Below are positions 1 through 11,946 of a stretch of DNA of 64,000 nucleotides, one piece after another; the first letter of the stretch is position 1, and each line of letters opens with the position of its first letter. This DNA comes from Blepharisma stoltei ATCC 30299 (lineage: Eukaryota > Protista > Ciliophora). A program made the translations under genes and the position numbers. The stretch spans positions 186,001-250,000 of the forward strand of contig CBFDEM010000058.1 of NCBI GenBank assembly GCA_965603825.1, read 5' to 3'. The notes beneath the pieces were generated by a model. That model ran no database searches and had not been told where the DNA came from. It saw only the letters and a program-made list of their open reading frames with translations.

Positions 1-2
1 AT

Positions 3-2267
3 CTAGGACCAGTAAGGGATTTATGTTTTTCTCATGATGCTAGATATTTGGTTAGTGGAGGTGGAGACTCTACTGTCAGTGTCTGGCACATTGAGAAATT
101 AGAAGCCACTGTACTAAGAGGGCATTTGCAAAGCGTATGAGCTGTCGCTATAAGCTCTGATGGAGAAACTGCTATTTCTGGAAGTGGTGACGGAACATTG
201 CGCGTTTGAGATGTATTTAAAGGCAAAGAAAGATACAGCGCTCAGTCACAAGAACAGATTTCTGCTTTGCAAATTGATAGGCAGGACAGATACGTGATTT
301 CTGGAGACCTAAGAGGAAATGTCAAGATATGAAGCATATATGAAAAAGCGATAGAGACTGACTTTAATGAGCAGCATAGAGATTGTGTTACTTCTATCTA
401 TGTATGCCATGATAATGAAAACTTTTTGACGTCTTCAAGAGATAAGACCATTTATATATTTTCACTAAAATACAGGGTAGCGCTGTCATATTTGACCAGA
501 AAACAGACTATTTTTTCTATGGCAGTTTCCGCTGATGAGATGCTTATTGCTACAGGTGAGCAGGAAATGATTTATTTTCAAGAAAACCCATTAAAGTCTA
601 CAAAGCCAAGAATTGTAGGCCCACATGAAGGGCTACAGAAGTTTATTGCATATGCAAAAGAAGTGATTAGTGATTCTGGCCCAGAACATGATTCTAGTAT
701 GGACAATTTCATTATTCTGCCTTATTTTTTCAATATTCTACACATATATGCTTACTATAATTTTTCTAGTTACCTTAAACAGTCTTTATTACAATCGTCA
801 GCTCCTATGGTTCCGTCTAGAGAAGGCCATACTCCAATGACAATCACTTTACTACGTAAAACAAGATACTCAAGAGACGAAATAATTAAGGCCCTTTACC
901 GCTTTGGAAAAAGCAGCCCTTTTATATTGCTTACACTGGAGCGTGACATATTTGTGCTGACCAAGCTAGGGCTGCCATTAGTAGAAGAACTCTATAAAGT
1001 ACTATTTCAACAAGCAAGTAGACATTCTTTGCCGAAATTTTGTGAAGACGAAGAAATGATTTTGCCGATTGTTAATTTGTCTGAGCACCCCAGAATAAAA
1101 CCAGTTGAATTTATGGACGAATCTTTGATGGGAAATAGTGGAAAGTGCATTTGCTTTATGGAAAGCTATGTAAAAATAGCTTTAACTGTAGGCAGCAAAG
1201 AAAGCATTGATTTTTTAGAATCACTATCAAAATGCAAAAATAACGAAATTTTTAGAACTCCATTTATTAAATCAATAATTGATTATAAGTGAAGGCAAGT
1301 AGGATTTATGATGAAAACGCTCGGTGGGATGTATTTTTTGTATTTATTAATCATGTGCTTATATACTGCATATTTCCAAGGAAACGTGTATTTTCAGTCA
1401 GCTTTATTTGTCTTTAATGTCATTTTGACTGCATTTGAAACTTTCCAACTGTGTGTGTCAGGGAGCCATTATTTTACATATGTATGGAATTATATTGATT
1501 GAACAAGAAGCATTTTGGTACTTGTTTACTTAATAAACTCCTGGTCTGATGTAGATATGGAGCTTAATTTTTCAATCTTTTCTTTAGCGACCTTTGTAAG
1601 CTGAATCAGAGGTTTTTCATTTTTCAGGATTTTCTCAAAAACAAGATATCTGACTAATATGGTTGTAGAGGTCATAAAAAGCATTACAGGGTTTTTAGTT
1701 ATCATGGCATATTCCACCTTAGCCTTTACCTTTTTATTTATGGTCCTAGCTGGTCTCCACGCTAACCCTTCATTTTTAAGCTATTTATCAGTCTCATATA
1801 ACTTAATGCTCGGCGCTTTTGATGATGGGGAATATGATATAATTGAATGGACCTGCATAACCTTTGCTTTAATAGTAAACCCTGTTGTCATCCTAAATCT
1901 GCTAATATCAATTGTATCGGATGCTTTTGATAAAGTCAAAAGCGACAGTATCTCAGCTGACGCCAGAGAGCTTGTAGACATGATAATTGAAATAGAAAAT
2001 TTAATGATCACAAGGAGAGGAAGGAATGAAAAAAAGTTTTTCCAAGTCTGCAAAGAGTATGAAAAAGATGAAGAAGATGAGTGGGAAGGCAAAATCCGAG
2101 AAATGCAGAAATATATTGAAGAAATTATAGAAAATAATGAAAAAGACAGAGAAAAGATTATTAAACTAATCAAAATGCAGGAAAGAGAAGCCAACGAGCA
2201 ATCAACAAAACTAGATATAGTGGTTCACAGAATGAAAAAAATTTGTGAAGCAGAAAAAATTATTTAA
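3..2267 (+). CDS. WD40-repeat protein with C-terminal TRP-like ion-channel domain (5' partial)
   Basis: One frame runs from the window start to TAA 2267 when TGA=Trp. WD40 repeats include LVSGGGDSTVSVW and SGSGDGTLRV[TGA]D. These are followed by IIDYK[TGA], six hydrophobic segments, the pore-like SYNLMLGAFD and S6 LNLLISIVSDAFDKV. Confidence 0.8.
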
Positions 2268-3186
2268 TCCTTTTAGAGATCAAATAGCTAATTTTCCAGT
2301 CAAAATAGTTTCTTTTTTCTTTTGGTAGGAGCTTGTTTATATTTTCTAGCGACTCCTTGATTTTTGCTACATCCTCATCAGGGACGACAAGTCCTTTATT
2401 TTGTGTTTCTCTATATAAAATTTGATAGCCAGCTTCGAAATTTCCTCTTATAAAAATAAAGCTGTCCCATTTAAGCAGCCTAATTTCTAGATTCCCAATG
2501 ACTATATCTCTATTAGCCTCATTAATTCTTTCAATTAAAGCTTCTTCTAATAGCTCGTCTATTGAAATTAAATTCGGAGAAATTTTGTGCCTGAAAAAAA
2601 TATTTGAGTCTAATGCGGTATATCCTAAAATTCCGCCACAATTTTTGCATGAATAAAACCCTCTTGACTGTATTAATGAATCTTCAATAACACTTGAGCC
2701 TTGGATATGGCAATAAAATAGCCCAATATAGCAGCTGTATATGTTTTACATATTAGGCCTTAGCTGTAAGCTTATAGGAGGCTCATGAGATGGGTGGCAG
2801 CTTCACAGTTCGCTTACAATTTCCCAATTAGTAGACGGCAATGCCAAAGTTTTGGTGATATTATTTGCAAATTCATTATCACAATTTCTGCACCTTAAAA
2901 AGTCAATATCCATATCATATTCCACTCTATCTCTGGATTCCACCCCTATATCAGCTTCACAAGCCACCCTAATATAAATTCACCTACCTTTCTTCTCACA
3001 TATACTGTCATCTGTCTGTGTAATTGGTGCTAACAATTTCACGATTATCGTAAAGTCGTTTATTCCGATATAAAGTTTTTCAGGCTCTGGGGTTAATACT
3101 ACTCTTTGTTCTTCGTCATTGCTTAAGTGTATATAAAAGCTATAAGCTTTTAAATTCCTACTGAATTCACCGAAAATACTTTTCAT
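2260..3186 (-). CDS. HECT-like E2-binding protein (UBE3D/Ipa1, HECT_2 family); one 15-nt intron
   Basis: Motifs CRNC, LPSTNWEIVSEL[TGA]SCH, CKNCGGILG and C-terminal NKLLPKEKRNYFDWKISYL. Intron at 2735-2749; TAA at 2262-2260. Confidence 0.7.
2735..2749 (-). other. 15-nt spliceosomal intron
   Basis: GTAAAACATATACAG; removal deletes an in-frame TAA. Confidence 0.85.
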
Positions 3187-3193
3187 ATAAATA

Positions 3194-4444
3194 ATGGAAC
3201 CACAGTTAGTAAAAGCAAATACTCCTAAGAGCACTTCGTCAAAATCCTCAAATAATGGAGATATACCTAACAATGGCTGGAAAGATGAAAAAAATTGCGC
3301 AGTCTGCGATTCAAAATTCAGCGCTTTTGGAATGGGCAGACACTGCTGCAGATTTTGTTATAAAGCAGTTTGTTCTAAATGTTCAGAAAATAAAATAAAA
3401 GTGCCGGATAAAAGCGAAAAACAAAGAATTTGTGACAAATGTTTTGAGGAGAGGCTAAATAATCAAGATGCACAGATGATAAGAGAAACCATTAAATTGA
3501 AAGATGACCAAATCGCAATTTTAGATAAAAGGCTAAAAGATGATACCAAAGAACTCAGAAAAGAGCATAAAGCAAGAATAAAAGAAGAAAAAAAAGCTGT
3601 GGAATTAGAAGAAAAATTTAAATCAAAAAATGAAAAAATCGAGGAAATTAGAAAAGAAGTGGGAAGAAATTTGGAAAAATTAGGGAAAAATGAAAATAAG
3701 AAGAAAAATCTGGAGGAAGAAAAGGAGAAGCTGGATATGGAAAGTGATAACTGTGACAAGCCATTGCCAGATTTGCAAAATAAGGCTGAAAATAATATGA
3801 AAGAAATAGAAAACGATAAGAAAATACTAAAAGAGCTAGAAAAAAATTTAGCTAGCTTAGAAAGTGACCAGAATTCCTTACAAAGCCAAGTAAAGCTGAA
3901 GACCGCAGCCATTGACGACTTAAGAACAGCTATCTCCAAAAGAGAAGCAGAAATAGCCCAAGTATCCAAAGAGCTAAACGAAAACCAAAACCACTGCCAA
4001 AAGCTTAAAACAAAAATAGACGAGCTTTCAGCAGAATTCAAAGAGCTAAAACTCCAAGAAGAAACCCTCCTCAATCAAGAAGAAAACTTAGAACAAGAAG
4101 TAAAATCACAGCGAAACATTGTAAGTGAGCTGACAGAAACAATCCAAAACTTAAACTCACAAATAAATAAAACCCAAGACTCAATCAACAAAAAACAAGA
4201 AGCAGAAACTGAACTCAAAACCCAAGTCCAGGACCTCACAAAAAATAATGAATCTCTAGACGAAAAACAAAAAGAAAACGAAGACAAGCTAAAAAAACTC
4301 AACGAAGAGCACCAAAAGTCATTAGCAGACTTAGATGAAGCCAGCAGAGACCTAAGCGCACTTACTATTATGCTGAATGAAAGCAAAAAGAAGCTTGAAG
4401 AACCTGTCCCAAAGAAAAAGAAATCAGACTGCATTATATATTAA
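3194..4444 (+). CDS. FYVE-type zinc finger + long coiled coil, CaaX-like C-terminus
   Basis: WKDEKNCAVC...RHCCRFCYKAVCSKCS...RICDKC, then a ~300-aa heptad-rich region; ends KKKKSDCIIY. Confidence 0.8.
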   Translation: MEPQLVKANTPKSTSSKSSNNGDIPNNGWKDEKNCAVCDSKFSAFGMGRHCCRFCYKAVCSKCSENKIKVPDKSEKQRICDKCFEERLNNQDAQMIRETIKLKDDQIAILDKRLKDDTKELRKEHKARIKEEKKAVELEEKFKSKNEKIEEIRKEVGRNLEKLGKNENKKKNLEEEKEKLDMESDNCDKPLPDLQNKAENNMKEIENDKKILKELEKNLASLESDQNSLQSQVKLKTAAIDDLRTAISKREAEIAQVSKELNENQNHCQKLKTKIDELSAEFKELKLQEETLLNQEENLEQEVKSQRNIVSELTETIQNLNSQINKTQDSINKKQEAETELKTQVQDLTKNNESLDEKQKENEDKLKKLNEEHQKSLADLDEASRDLSALTIMLNESKKKLEEPVPKKKKSDCIIY

Positions 4445-4456
4445 CTTATTTTACAA

Positions 4457-5698
4457 TTAATTGCCTCTAGAAGCAGCTCTTTGGCGAAAAGCTGCATTTA
4501 ATTGTTTGGTCATTAAAGAGCTTTCTTTTACGAAGGAGTTTGCTAATTCTTGGTATTTTTCTGTGTCAGTGTTGTCGTCGATAAAGGTTTTGGACTGGAT
4601 TTCTAAGCTTTCTTTCTTTTTTAGGCTGGGATATCGAGATTTTATTGGAGAGTTGCATGTACTTGTAGGGCGGGATCGGAAATAAGAAGAATTGCTTCGG
4701 CCTATTGCAAGAATCTGGTTTACGTAATCTTTGACTGATCTTACAGGCGTTTTATTAACATTGAAGCTTTGGAAAGAAGGATCCTGCTGGAGCATTGGCT
4801 TGATTTTAGACTCAGCAGTAATTATTATGCTTTGCTGTCTGCTTGGAGGCTTCGATGGTGGGTTAAGGTCTCTCAGTTTTTTCATTTCAAAATCTTTTCT
4901 CCTCTGCTCCTCATGTGCATTTTCTTCTAAAATATCTTTTATATTACTATCAATATGGTCCATTTGCAAATCCCACATACTTTGGTACTTCTATATATCC
5001 TTTACCTTATGCCCTTTTCCTTGCTGCTTAGTTTTTCTCCCTGATTCTTTTGGAGATGTACTTTTTTCATTTTTTGATAATTTTGTAGTTGCTTTTTTTA
5101 CATAATGGCTGACTTTGTCCTGGATCACTTGTTTGGAGTGGTTTTCGTCAATGCATTCATTGACCAATAAATATTTTTCGCAGAAAAACTGTTGCAGATT
5201 TTTCATTTTTTTAGCTTCTAATGCAGGGTCAAAAACAGGCGCATTTATGTACTCAACCATGGCTTCACTTATGTAGGGGCCTTCGACGTCAAGGGTTTTG
5301 GATACGTTGAGAAGTGTGTCAGAGTCGGTGTACTCGTAGCGGCTCTCATTATTTGCAGGATCCTTTATAGGGATATCTTGGAAAAAAGAGATGCTTTCTT
5401 GGCTTAAGTTGGATATTTTTTTGGCTTTATTTAAAATGCTTACAAGTTTATTGGGTTTTTCTTTTAAAGGAATTAATTTTGATTTCGACATTGTGACAAG
5501 AAGTTTTTTGAAGCTTTTGTTCTGGTTTTCGACAGCTTTAAATAGCCTTTCCCCTCGTTTTACTCTTAAGAGTCTCTGCTCAGAGCTCTTTCTAAATATT
5601 TTTTACAAGTAAAATTTCAAGTCAAGCTTTTTAGGGTTATTCCCAAATATAAAATCCTGGTTTCGATTCACAACAACATTTCCATCTTCATTTGTCAT
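4457..5698 (-). CDS. hypothetical protein, two 15-nt introns
   Basis: ATG at 5698 (MTNEDG). Introns 5592-5606 and 4991-5005 each remove an in-frame stop and join the ORFs 4991-5491 and 4457-4978. Confidence 0.65.
4991..5005 (-). other. 15-nt intron
   Basis: GTAAAGGATATATAG. Confidence 0.8.
5592..5606 (-). other. 15-nt intron
   Basis: GTAAAAAATATTTAG. Confidence 0.8.
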
Positions 5699-5744
5699 CT
5701 AATTAATATTTATTTAACTGATTATTCTAAAAAATAATTATAAT

Positions 5745-6785
5745 ATGAGTGGGATTTTAAAGTGGGCTGAGTCAAAACTCGAAAAATTCGACTATCCCGC
5801 TACAGATGCCTTCAGCTCAGAAAAAAGCCTCGAAAACGAAAGAGAAAAACAAATCGAAGACATGCAGCAATATATCGCTAAATTAAAAGCTGATATGAGA
5901 TCTATAAGAAATTTATCAAACCAGCAAGCAGAAGAATTCCAAGACAAACTTCAAGCCCAAGCTGAAACTTATAACCTCACTGTTGCAGATTTACAGCAGC
6001 AAGTAAAGCAGATGTCTGAAGAAAACCTTTTGTTGAAAGAAAAACTCAGGGCTTCTGATAAAAAAATTACCAGCTTAGAAGAAAGAAATGCACAGCTTAT
6101 TTCTTCTTTAGAGACTGAGCTATTGCCAGAACAAAGACCTGAGGCCACATCTGACCAATTGCAGTATGAAATCAATATAATGAAGCAGCAAGTCTCTAGC
6201 TTAAAAGGTCTTCTCAATGCTGAAAAGCTAAAAACAGAAAATGCTATAGGTGAACAAGCCCAGGAGCGAAAAATTTTTAATATTGAAAAAAATAATTTAG
6301 AAGGAAAAATAGGAGAACTAGAAGAAGAGCTATATAAAACTAAAAGAAATATAGAAGAGCTTAAAGAGCAGCTTGAAGAAAGCAAAACAAAAGAGCCAAG
6401 CAGCAGCACAGACTCACAAAATTTGCTGGCTCTTTCTGAACATTTGCAGACAAAACAAAGGTCAATAGAAGCTCTTATAAGTGAAAAAGCGACACTAATT
6501 TTGCAATTAGAAAATGAGAAAAAAGAAAAACACAAACTGTTGGAAGGAACCTATCAAAATCGTGTAAATAGACAGCCACTGACAAATATTGGGATTTTTA
6601 AAGCGAGAGGAAAGCTTCATAGAGTTATAGAGTGGCTTGATGACGGCCTGCGAGAAATTGGTGACACGCTAGATGAAATTGCGTTAGCAAGGTTTGGAGT
6701 CCTTATTTATATGCTCGTGATTCATTTTTGGGGACTTTATTACATTCTAGGGCACGAAGAGAAGCCATTTTTAAGCTCAAATTAA
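5745..6785 (+). CDS. golgin-84/GOLGA5-like tail-anchored coiled-coil protein
   Basis: Coiled coil plus a C-terminal TM, ARFGVLIYMLVIHFWGLYYIL, carrying the Y...H pattern of golgin-84/CASP. Confidence 0.65.
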   Translation: MSGILKWAESKLEKFDYPATDAFSSEKSLENEREKQIEDMQQYIAKLKADMRSIRNLSNQQAEEFQDKLQAQAETYNLTVADLQQQVKQMSEENLLLKEKLRASDKKITSLEERNAQLISSLETELLPEQRPEATSDQLQYEINIMKQQVSSLKGLLNAEKLKTENAIGEQAQERKIFNIEKNNLEGKIGELEEELYKTKRNIEELKEQLEESKTKEPSSSTDSQNLLALSEHLQTKQRSIEALISEKATLILQLENEKKEKHKLLEGTYQNRVNRQPLTNIGIFKARGKLHRVIEWLDDGLREIGDTLDEIALARFGVLIYMLVIHFWGLYYILGHEEKPFLSSN

Positions 6786-6801
6786 TAATAATCAATTAAA
6801 T

Positions 6802-7950
6802 TTATCACCCTATAACTCTATTATAAGCTTCTCTCCAGACTTCAGATATTTTTTCAGTCATTTCTTGTTTGTAAATTATCAGCTGGTTGCTTACAGATTT
6901 TCCAAGAAATATTTTTTCCTGCTGAAATTGCTCTAAATCTTTTTTCAAGTCAGCATTTAGATCTCGCATGCTAATATTTGCATAAATTTCTGGTTTTTCA
7001 ATTTTTATTTTGTTTCTTCTTTCAAGAGTTTCAAGGGCTCCTAAGGTCAATCTTCGATAGTCTTCTAAATCTTGGCCGACTAATAATTTTATTTTATCAA
7101 AAGACTCTTTTTGGACTTCAGCTATTTGATGGTGTGTTTCTGCGAGAATTTTTAATTTTTCAGCAATTTGTTCTTTCTCGACTTTTCTCATATTTTCGTA
7201 TGCTTTTGAAAGAGCGATGTTGCTGTTAATTTCAGCATCTAAATTAGTCACCATTTCATTGCCTTGGCTACATAAAAGTTCTTGTTGCTGGTAGAGCCCT
7301 CTTAATTCTGTTCTCTGGGTATTAAAAAACACATCAGCTTCATCTTGTAAAATAGGCTGCTCTCCATACATATAGCTTGAAATAGTCGAAGAAACAGAAC
7401 TTTTGAAATCACTAAAAGTCCCAATCCAGCCTTTTTTCGCTAGGCTTTCTTTCATCCTAATCTGCAAATTTGCTTCATCATCTCTCATAAAGAACAAAAA
7501 CTCTTGACTTTGGCTAAGCTTAGGGTGGCCAGCAACTCGTTTGAGGAATTTTTCCAGTCCATATCTTCTCATAGTATAGAAAATTGATTCTTGATTTGTC
7601 CAATATCCAATAATCCCTTCTTTTTCTGGGAGAGCTGTTGTAATGCAGCCTGGAAAAGTCTCTGCAAACTGGTTGCGGAGTCATACAAATTCTCGATATC
7701 TGCGGTGGACTAGGAGAGTGCCATTATGGTATATTGGAAATGTATAATAAGATTCACGGCCTTCTCTATGTTTCTGTGCTTCACCGAGTGCTATGTCTTG
7801 ATAATCTTGAATATTTGATGGAAATGATTGAGAGCGATTTGACAGATCAGACTCTAATGAGTAGCGATTTCGTGGTTTCGTGTAACTTCCAGAGCCTGGG
7901 TTAATTTTTTCCTCTTCTAAAGATTCAATATCATTAGGTGTTCTTCTCAT
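6802..7950 (-). CDS. sorting nexin (PX + BAR/Vps5-like)
   Basis: PX motifs VHRRYREFV[TGA]L, LPEK and RRYGLEKFL..V..HP.L; helical C-terminus. Ends TGA-TAA (TAA 6804-6802). Confidence 0.8.
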
Positions 7951-8160
7951 TTTTGTTTATAGAAAGCAATATTTAGCCCTATATATTTGAGGAAGATTAA
8001 ATTAGTTTGAAGATTTATAATTAAATTCAAATATTTTATTATTGAATTTTCCATTCCATAAGATTTTTTTTAAATTCAAACAAATAACGAATAAATCAAT
8101 TATATTCCGCTCTCTTCACCTCGCATTCTAAATTAACTATTTCTCTCTAAATAAAGATAA

Positions 8161-8775
8161 ATGTCAAGGAGAGACTAGTAATCCCTAAATAGTGATTATC
8201 TCTTTAAGATGGTTCTTATCGGAGATTCGGGAGTCGGCAAGTCTTGCATTCTTCTCCGCTTTGCAGACGACACTTTCTCAGAAAGCTATATATCCACTAT
8301 AGGTGTAGATTTTCGCTTCAAAACACTTTCAGTCGATGGCAAAATCGTAAAACTCCAAATTTGAGATACCGCTGGCCAAGAGCGTTTTCGGACCATCACA
8401 AGTGCATACTACCGAGGCGCAGACGGTGTTATGATGGTCTTTGACAAAACAGCCCGAGAAAGCTTTAACCATATCACAGATTGGCATGAAGAGATCAACA
8501 AATATTCAGAAAATTCTTCAAGAGTTCTAGTAGGCAACAAATACGATATGACTGAGCATATACAAGTGGATGAAGAAACTGGCAAGCAACTAGCTGAAAA
8601 GCTGGGAATGCATTATATTGAAACTTCTGCGATGAATTCTTATCAAGTGACGACCGCCTTTGAGCTGATTGCCAGAGAGCTGATACAGAAAAAAGGAAAC
8701 CAGCAAGAAAGAGGGAAAAAACTGAACCCAGTGAAAACGAGAAAGCCGATGTCAGCGCCTTGTTGCCAGAATTAA
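8161..8775 (+). CDS. RAB1: Rab1/Ypt1-family small GTPase; one 15-nt intron
   Basis: [27 protein letters not shown][TGA][21 protein letters not shown] and a C-terminal CC motif. Intron at 8178-8192. Confidence 0.9.
8178..8192 (+). other. 15-nt intron
   Basis: GTAATCCCTAAATAG; removal restores MSRRDYDYLFK. Confidence 0.9.
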
Positions 8776-8807
8776 GAATGATAATCTAAACTTTTTAAGG
8801 TAATTAA

Positions 8808-9716
8808 CTAGAGGAAATAAGGCACTACAGATCTGGGAGGGATACTTTTGGCACTTTCTGGGACTTCTTTGAACATTTTGAACTCCCGGTTGAGGTTTTC
8901 GTCGACGACCAAAATTGAAGCGTCGTTGGCACAGCGGTAGAAATAGTTGGGAGCACTCCAAACGGTAACTAAATTTTGCTTAGGGAACCAAAATTTGTAA
9001 CCTTCTTGTACAAGCTGATGGGCTCTGCAGATTAGTGACAGCCCATTTATTTGGTTGAACTCTTCAGTCACTTTAGAGCCAAAAATCCATCCAGCCCCTC
9101 TAGGACTCATAGACCAAGTTTCAATATCTTCAGGGTCGCTCCACATTAGATCGCAAAAAGCTCCTTCCTGTGGAATTTCCACTTTTCTATCAATAACTCT
9201 CATTTGGTCAATAGTTTTGATTTCTGGGGAAAGTCCTCCATGCACACACAAAATCTGTGAGTCTACTACAGCAGCTATATTTAAGTAGTCAAAGACTTCA
9301 GTACAATATTTCCAAGCATTGGCGTTGCCGTATTTTCTGACACATTCATCATAAAATCCGTAGACTTGCGTAATTTGACGACTCTCATGGTTTCCTCTAA
9401 GAAGGGTGATATTTTGGGGATATCTGACTTTTAGAGCTATTAAGAGCTCGAAGGTTTCTACTGAGTTATAGCCGCGGTCAACATAGTCACCCATGAAGAT
9501 ATAGTTGTTGTCGGGAATTTGGCCGCCAGTTCTGAAGAGTTCGAGTAAATCATAAAATTGACCATGGATGTCTCCACAGATAATGACAGGGGCTGAGACG
9601 GGCTGAACGTTGTTTTCTTCCATTAGAAGGGCTTTTACTTTTTCACAGAGATTGAAAAGATCACTTTCAGGCAAGCATTTACCTTCGCGAACTGTTTGTA
9701 GCCAAGAATCTTCCAT
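8808..9716 (-). CDS. PPP6C: Ser/Thr protein phosphatase 6 catalytic subunit (PP2A-like family)
   Basis: GDIHG, GDYVDRG, RGNHE; PP6-type [15 protein letters not shown] and SPRGAGW; C-terminal PYFL. Confidence 0.88.
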   Translation of the reverse strand: MEDSWLQTVREGKCLPESDLFNLCEKVKALLMEENNVQPVSAPVIICGDIHGQFYDLLELFRTGGQIPDNNYIFMGDYVDRGYNSVETFELLIALKVRYPQNITLLRGNHESRQITQVYGFYDECVRKYGNANAWKYCTEVFDYLNIAAVVDSQILCVHGGLSPEIKTIDQMRVIDRKVEIPQEGAFCDLMWSDPEDIETWSMSPRGAGWIFGSKVTEEFNQINGLSLICRAHQLVQEGYKFWFPKQNLVTVWSAPNYFYRCANDASILVVDENLNREFKMFKEVPESAKSIPPRSVVPYFL

Positions 9717-10008
9717 TTAATATGCACGTTGATAGTTATTAGGAAAGGAAAAAGAGAAGAAAATAATTTCGGTTAGCAAGTTTTGAATTAGGCTTATTTT
9801 TTAAATTTGAATTTATGCTAATCAGAGCTGCCTTTATAGAAACGATTATTAGTATAAATTCATTTAAGATGTATTCAAAACTAGTGTAATAGAAACTCTT
9901 TGGGATTTTAAGCTAAAATGCTTAAAATTCATTTATTTCTGATATATCAAAACCCTAAAAAGATATTTAAATTTTATAAGACGATTTTTAAATTAATCAT
10001 AAAAATAT

Positions 10009-11946
10009 TTATTCTTTCTTATCCTTATCCTTATTCGCATCATCTTCATTATTTTGTGTGGTTTGATCCCCTTGCTGCTGTTGCTGGTTTTGTTGTTGTC
10101 CTTGATAAATGCTCTTTCCGATTTCTAAAGATAAGTTCTTAATCTTGTCAATTCCTGCTCTCATCCCGTCAACATCATCAGCGCTCATCTTTTCTTTTAA
10201 TTCACTAATAGCTTGTGTTATATCATTGCTCACATTTTCAGGGACTTTGTCCTTATGCTCATGGATTGTTTTCTCAATGTTATAAATGGTGTTATCGGCC
10301 TCATTCTTAGTGTCAATGGCATTTCTTCTTTTTTCATCCTCTGCTCTTAACCTTTCAGCATCTTTAACCATCTTTTCAATATCAGCCTTGCTGAGTCCTC
10401 CAGAAGACTGTACAGTGATACTTTGGTCTTTGCCTGTAGCTTTATCTTTAGCGTTGACATGGACAAGCCCATTGGCATCAATATCAAAAGTGACTTCAAT
10501 TTGTGGCATTCCTCTAGGTGCTGGTGGGATTCCAGTTAAGTCGAAGTTTCCTAGCAACTTGTTGTCGTTGGCCATTTCTCTTTCGCCTTGAAGGACTTTG
10601 ATTGTGACCGTAGTTTGGCTGTCTGCAGCTGTTGAAAAGACCTGCGACTTTCTTGTTGGAATTGTGGTGTTTCTATTGATAATTCTTGTGAAAACGCCTC
10701 CAAGAGTTTCAATACCAAGGGACAAAGGAGTGACATCAAGAAGGACAATGCCTCCCATTTCTCCTTGTAGCACTCCCGCTTGGATTGCGGCACCCATAGC
10801 GACTGCTTCGTCAGGGTTGACACTTTTGTTGCCTGGCTTTCCATAGTACTCCTTTACGAATTCTTGGACTCTTGGCATTCTGGTCATACCACCTACTAAT
10901 AAGATTTCTTGCAATTGGGATTTATTGAGTCCTGCATCTTTTAAGCAGACTTCACAAGGCTTTTTGGTCCTGTCAATAAGATTTGCAGTGAGTTGTTCAT
11001 ATTTTGCCCTGGTCAGCTTCATATTCAAGTGTTTTGGCCCTGTCTTATCAGCTGTGATGTAAGGCTGGTTGATCTCAGTTTGTGAGCTTGATGAAAGTTC
11101 GATTTTTGCCTTTTCTGCAGCTTCTCTGATTCTTTGTAAAGCAGTCCTGTCGAATTTAAGGTCGATTTTAGTTTCTTTCTTAAATTCTTCCAAAATATAA
11201 TTTTGTAAGACATTATCGAAATCTTCACCACCAAGTGCAGTGTCTCCATTGGTTGCTTTTACTTCGAAAACCCCTTGTGAAATTTCAAGAATTGAGATAT
11301 CAAAAGTACCACCACCAAGGTCGAAAACTGCGATAACTTTGCCTTCATTCTTGTCAAGGCCATATGATAAAGCAGCAGCTGTTGGCTCATTGATGATTCT
11401 TTCGACTTCAAGGCCTGAAATTTGTCCGGCGTCTTTGGTTGCTTGTCTTTGGGAATCGTTGAAGTAAGCTGGGACTGTAATGACAGCTTTTTTGACTTGG
11501 CCACCTAAGTATGACTCAGCAGTCTCTTTCATTTTCATAAGGACAAAAGCTCCAATTTGGCTTGGGCTGTATTTTTTACCGTGGGCTTCAACCCAAGCGT
11601 CGCCGTTAGGAGCTTTTATGAGCTTGTAGCCTAAGGACTTTAGATCTCTCTGGATCGTAGGGTCATCATAGCGGCGACCAATAAGTCTTTTGGTGGCGTA
11701 AAAAGTGTTTTCAGGGTTTGTGACAGCTTGGCGCTTGGCTGCAACACCGACGAGTCTTTCGCCTTCGGCTGAAAAGCTGACGACAGATGGGGTTGTTCTC
11801 ATACCTTCAGAGTTTTCTAGAACTTTAGGTTGGCCACCTTCGAGGACTGCGACACAAGAGTTTGTGGTCCCTAGATCAATACCAATGGCTTTGGAGAATT
11901 GTCGGCTGAGTAAATTCTTGCTGAATGAGCTTGAGAGTCTTAACAT
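10009..11946 (-). CDS. mitochondrial HSP70
   Basis: N-terminal presequence [17 protein letters not shown]; GIDLGTT; alphaproteobacterial/mitochondrial signatures GDAWV and YSPSQIG; no EEVD or KDEL tail. Confidence 0.95.
   Translation of the reverse strand: MLRLSSSFSKNLLSRQFSKAIGIDLGTTNSCVAVLEGGQPKVLENSEGMRTTPSVVSFSAEGERLVGVAAKRQAVTNPENTFYATKRLIGRRYDDPTIQRDLKSLGYKLIKAPNGDAWVEAHGKKYSPSQIGAFVLMKMKETAESYLGGQVKKAVITVPAYFNDSQRQATKDAGQISGLEVERIINEPTAAALSYGLDKNEGKVIAVFDLGGGTFDISILEISQGVFEVKATNGDTALGGEDFDNVLQNYILEEFKKETKIDLKFDRTALQRIREAAEKAKIELSSSSQTEINQPYITADKTGPKHLNMKLTRAKYEQLTANLIDRTKKPCEVCLKDAGLNKSQLQEILLVGGMTRMPRVQEFVKEYYGKPGNKSVNPDEAVAMGAAIQAGVLQGEMGGIVLLDVTPLSLGIETLGGVFTRIINRNTTIPTRKSQVFSTAADSQTTVTIKVLQGEREMANDNKLLGNFDLTGIPPAPRGMPQIEVTFDIDANGLVHVNAKDKATGKDQSITVQSSGGLSKADIEKMVKDAERLRAEDEKRRNAIDTKNEADNTIYNIEKTIHEHKDKVPENVSNDITQAISELKEKMSADDVDGMRAGIDKIKNLSLEIGKSIYQGQQQNQQQQQGDQTTQNNEDDANKDKDKKE

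Noticed and set aside
1781-6535. Long antisense ORFs rich in Ser/Phe/Leu (1781-2194, 3463-4074, 4075-4434, 5969-6535 and similar elsewhere)
   Set aside because: They are shadow frames of Lys/Glu-rich coiled-coil genes on the opposite strand.
6802-6807. TGA-TAA at the end of the sorting nexin as evidence of context-dependent UGA termination
   Set aside because: A single case, equally explained by a C-terminal Trp.
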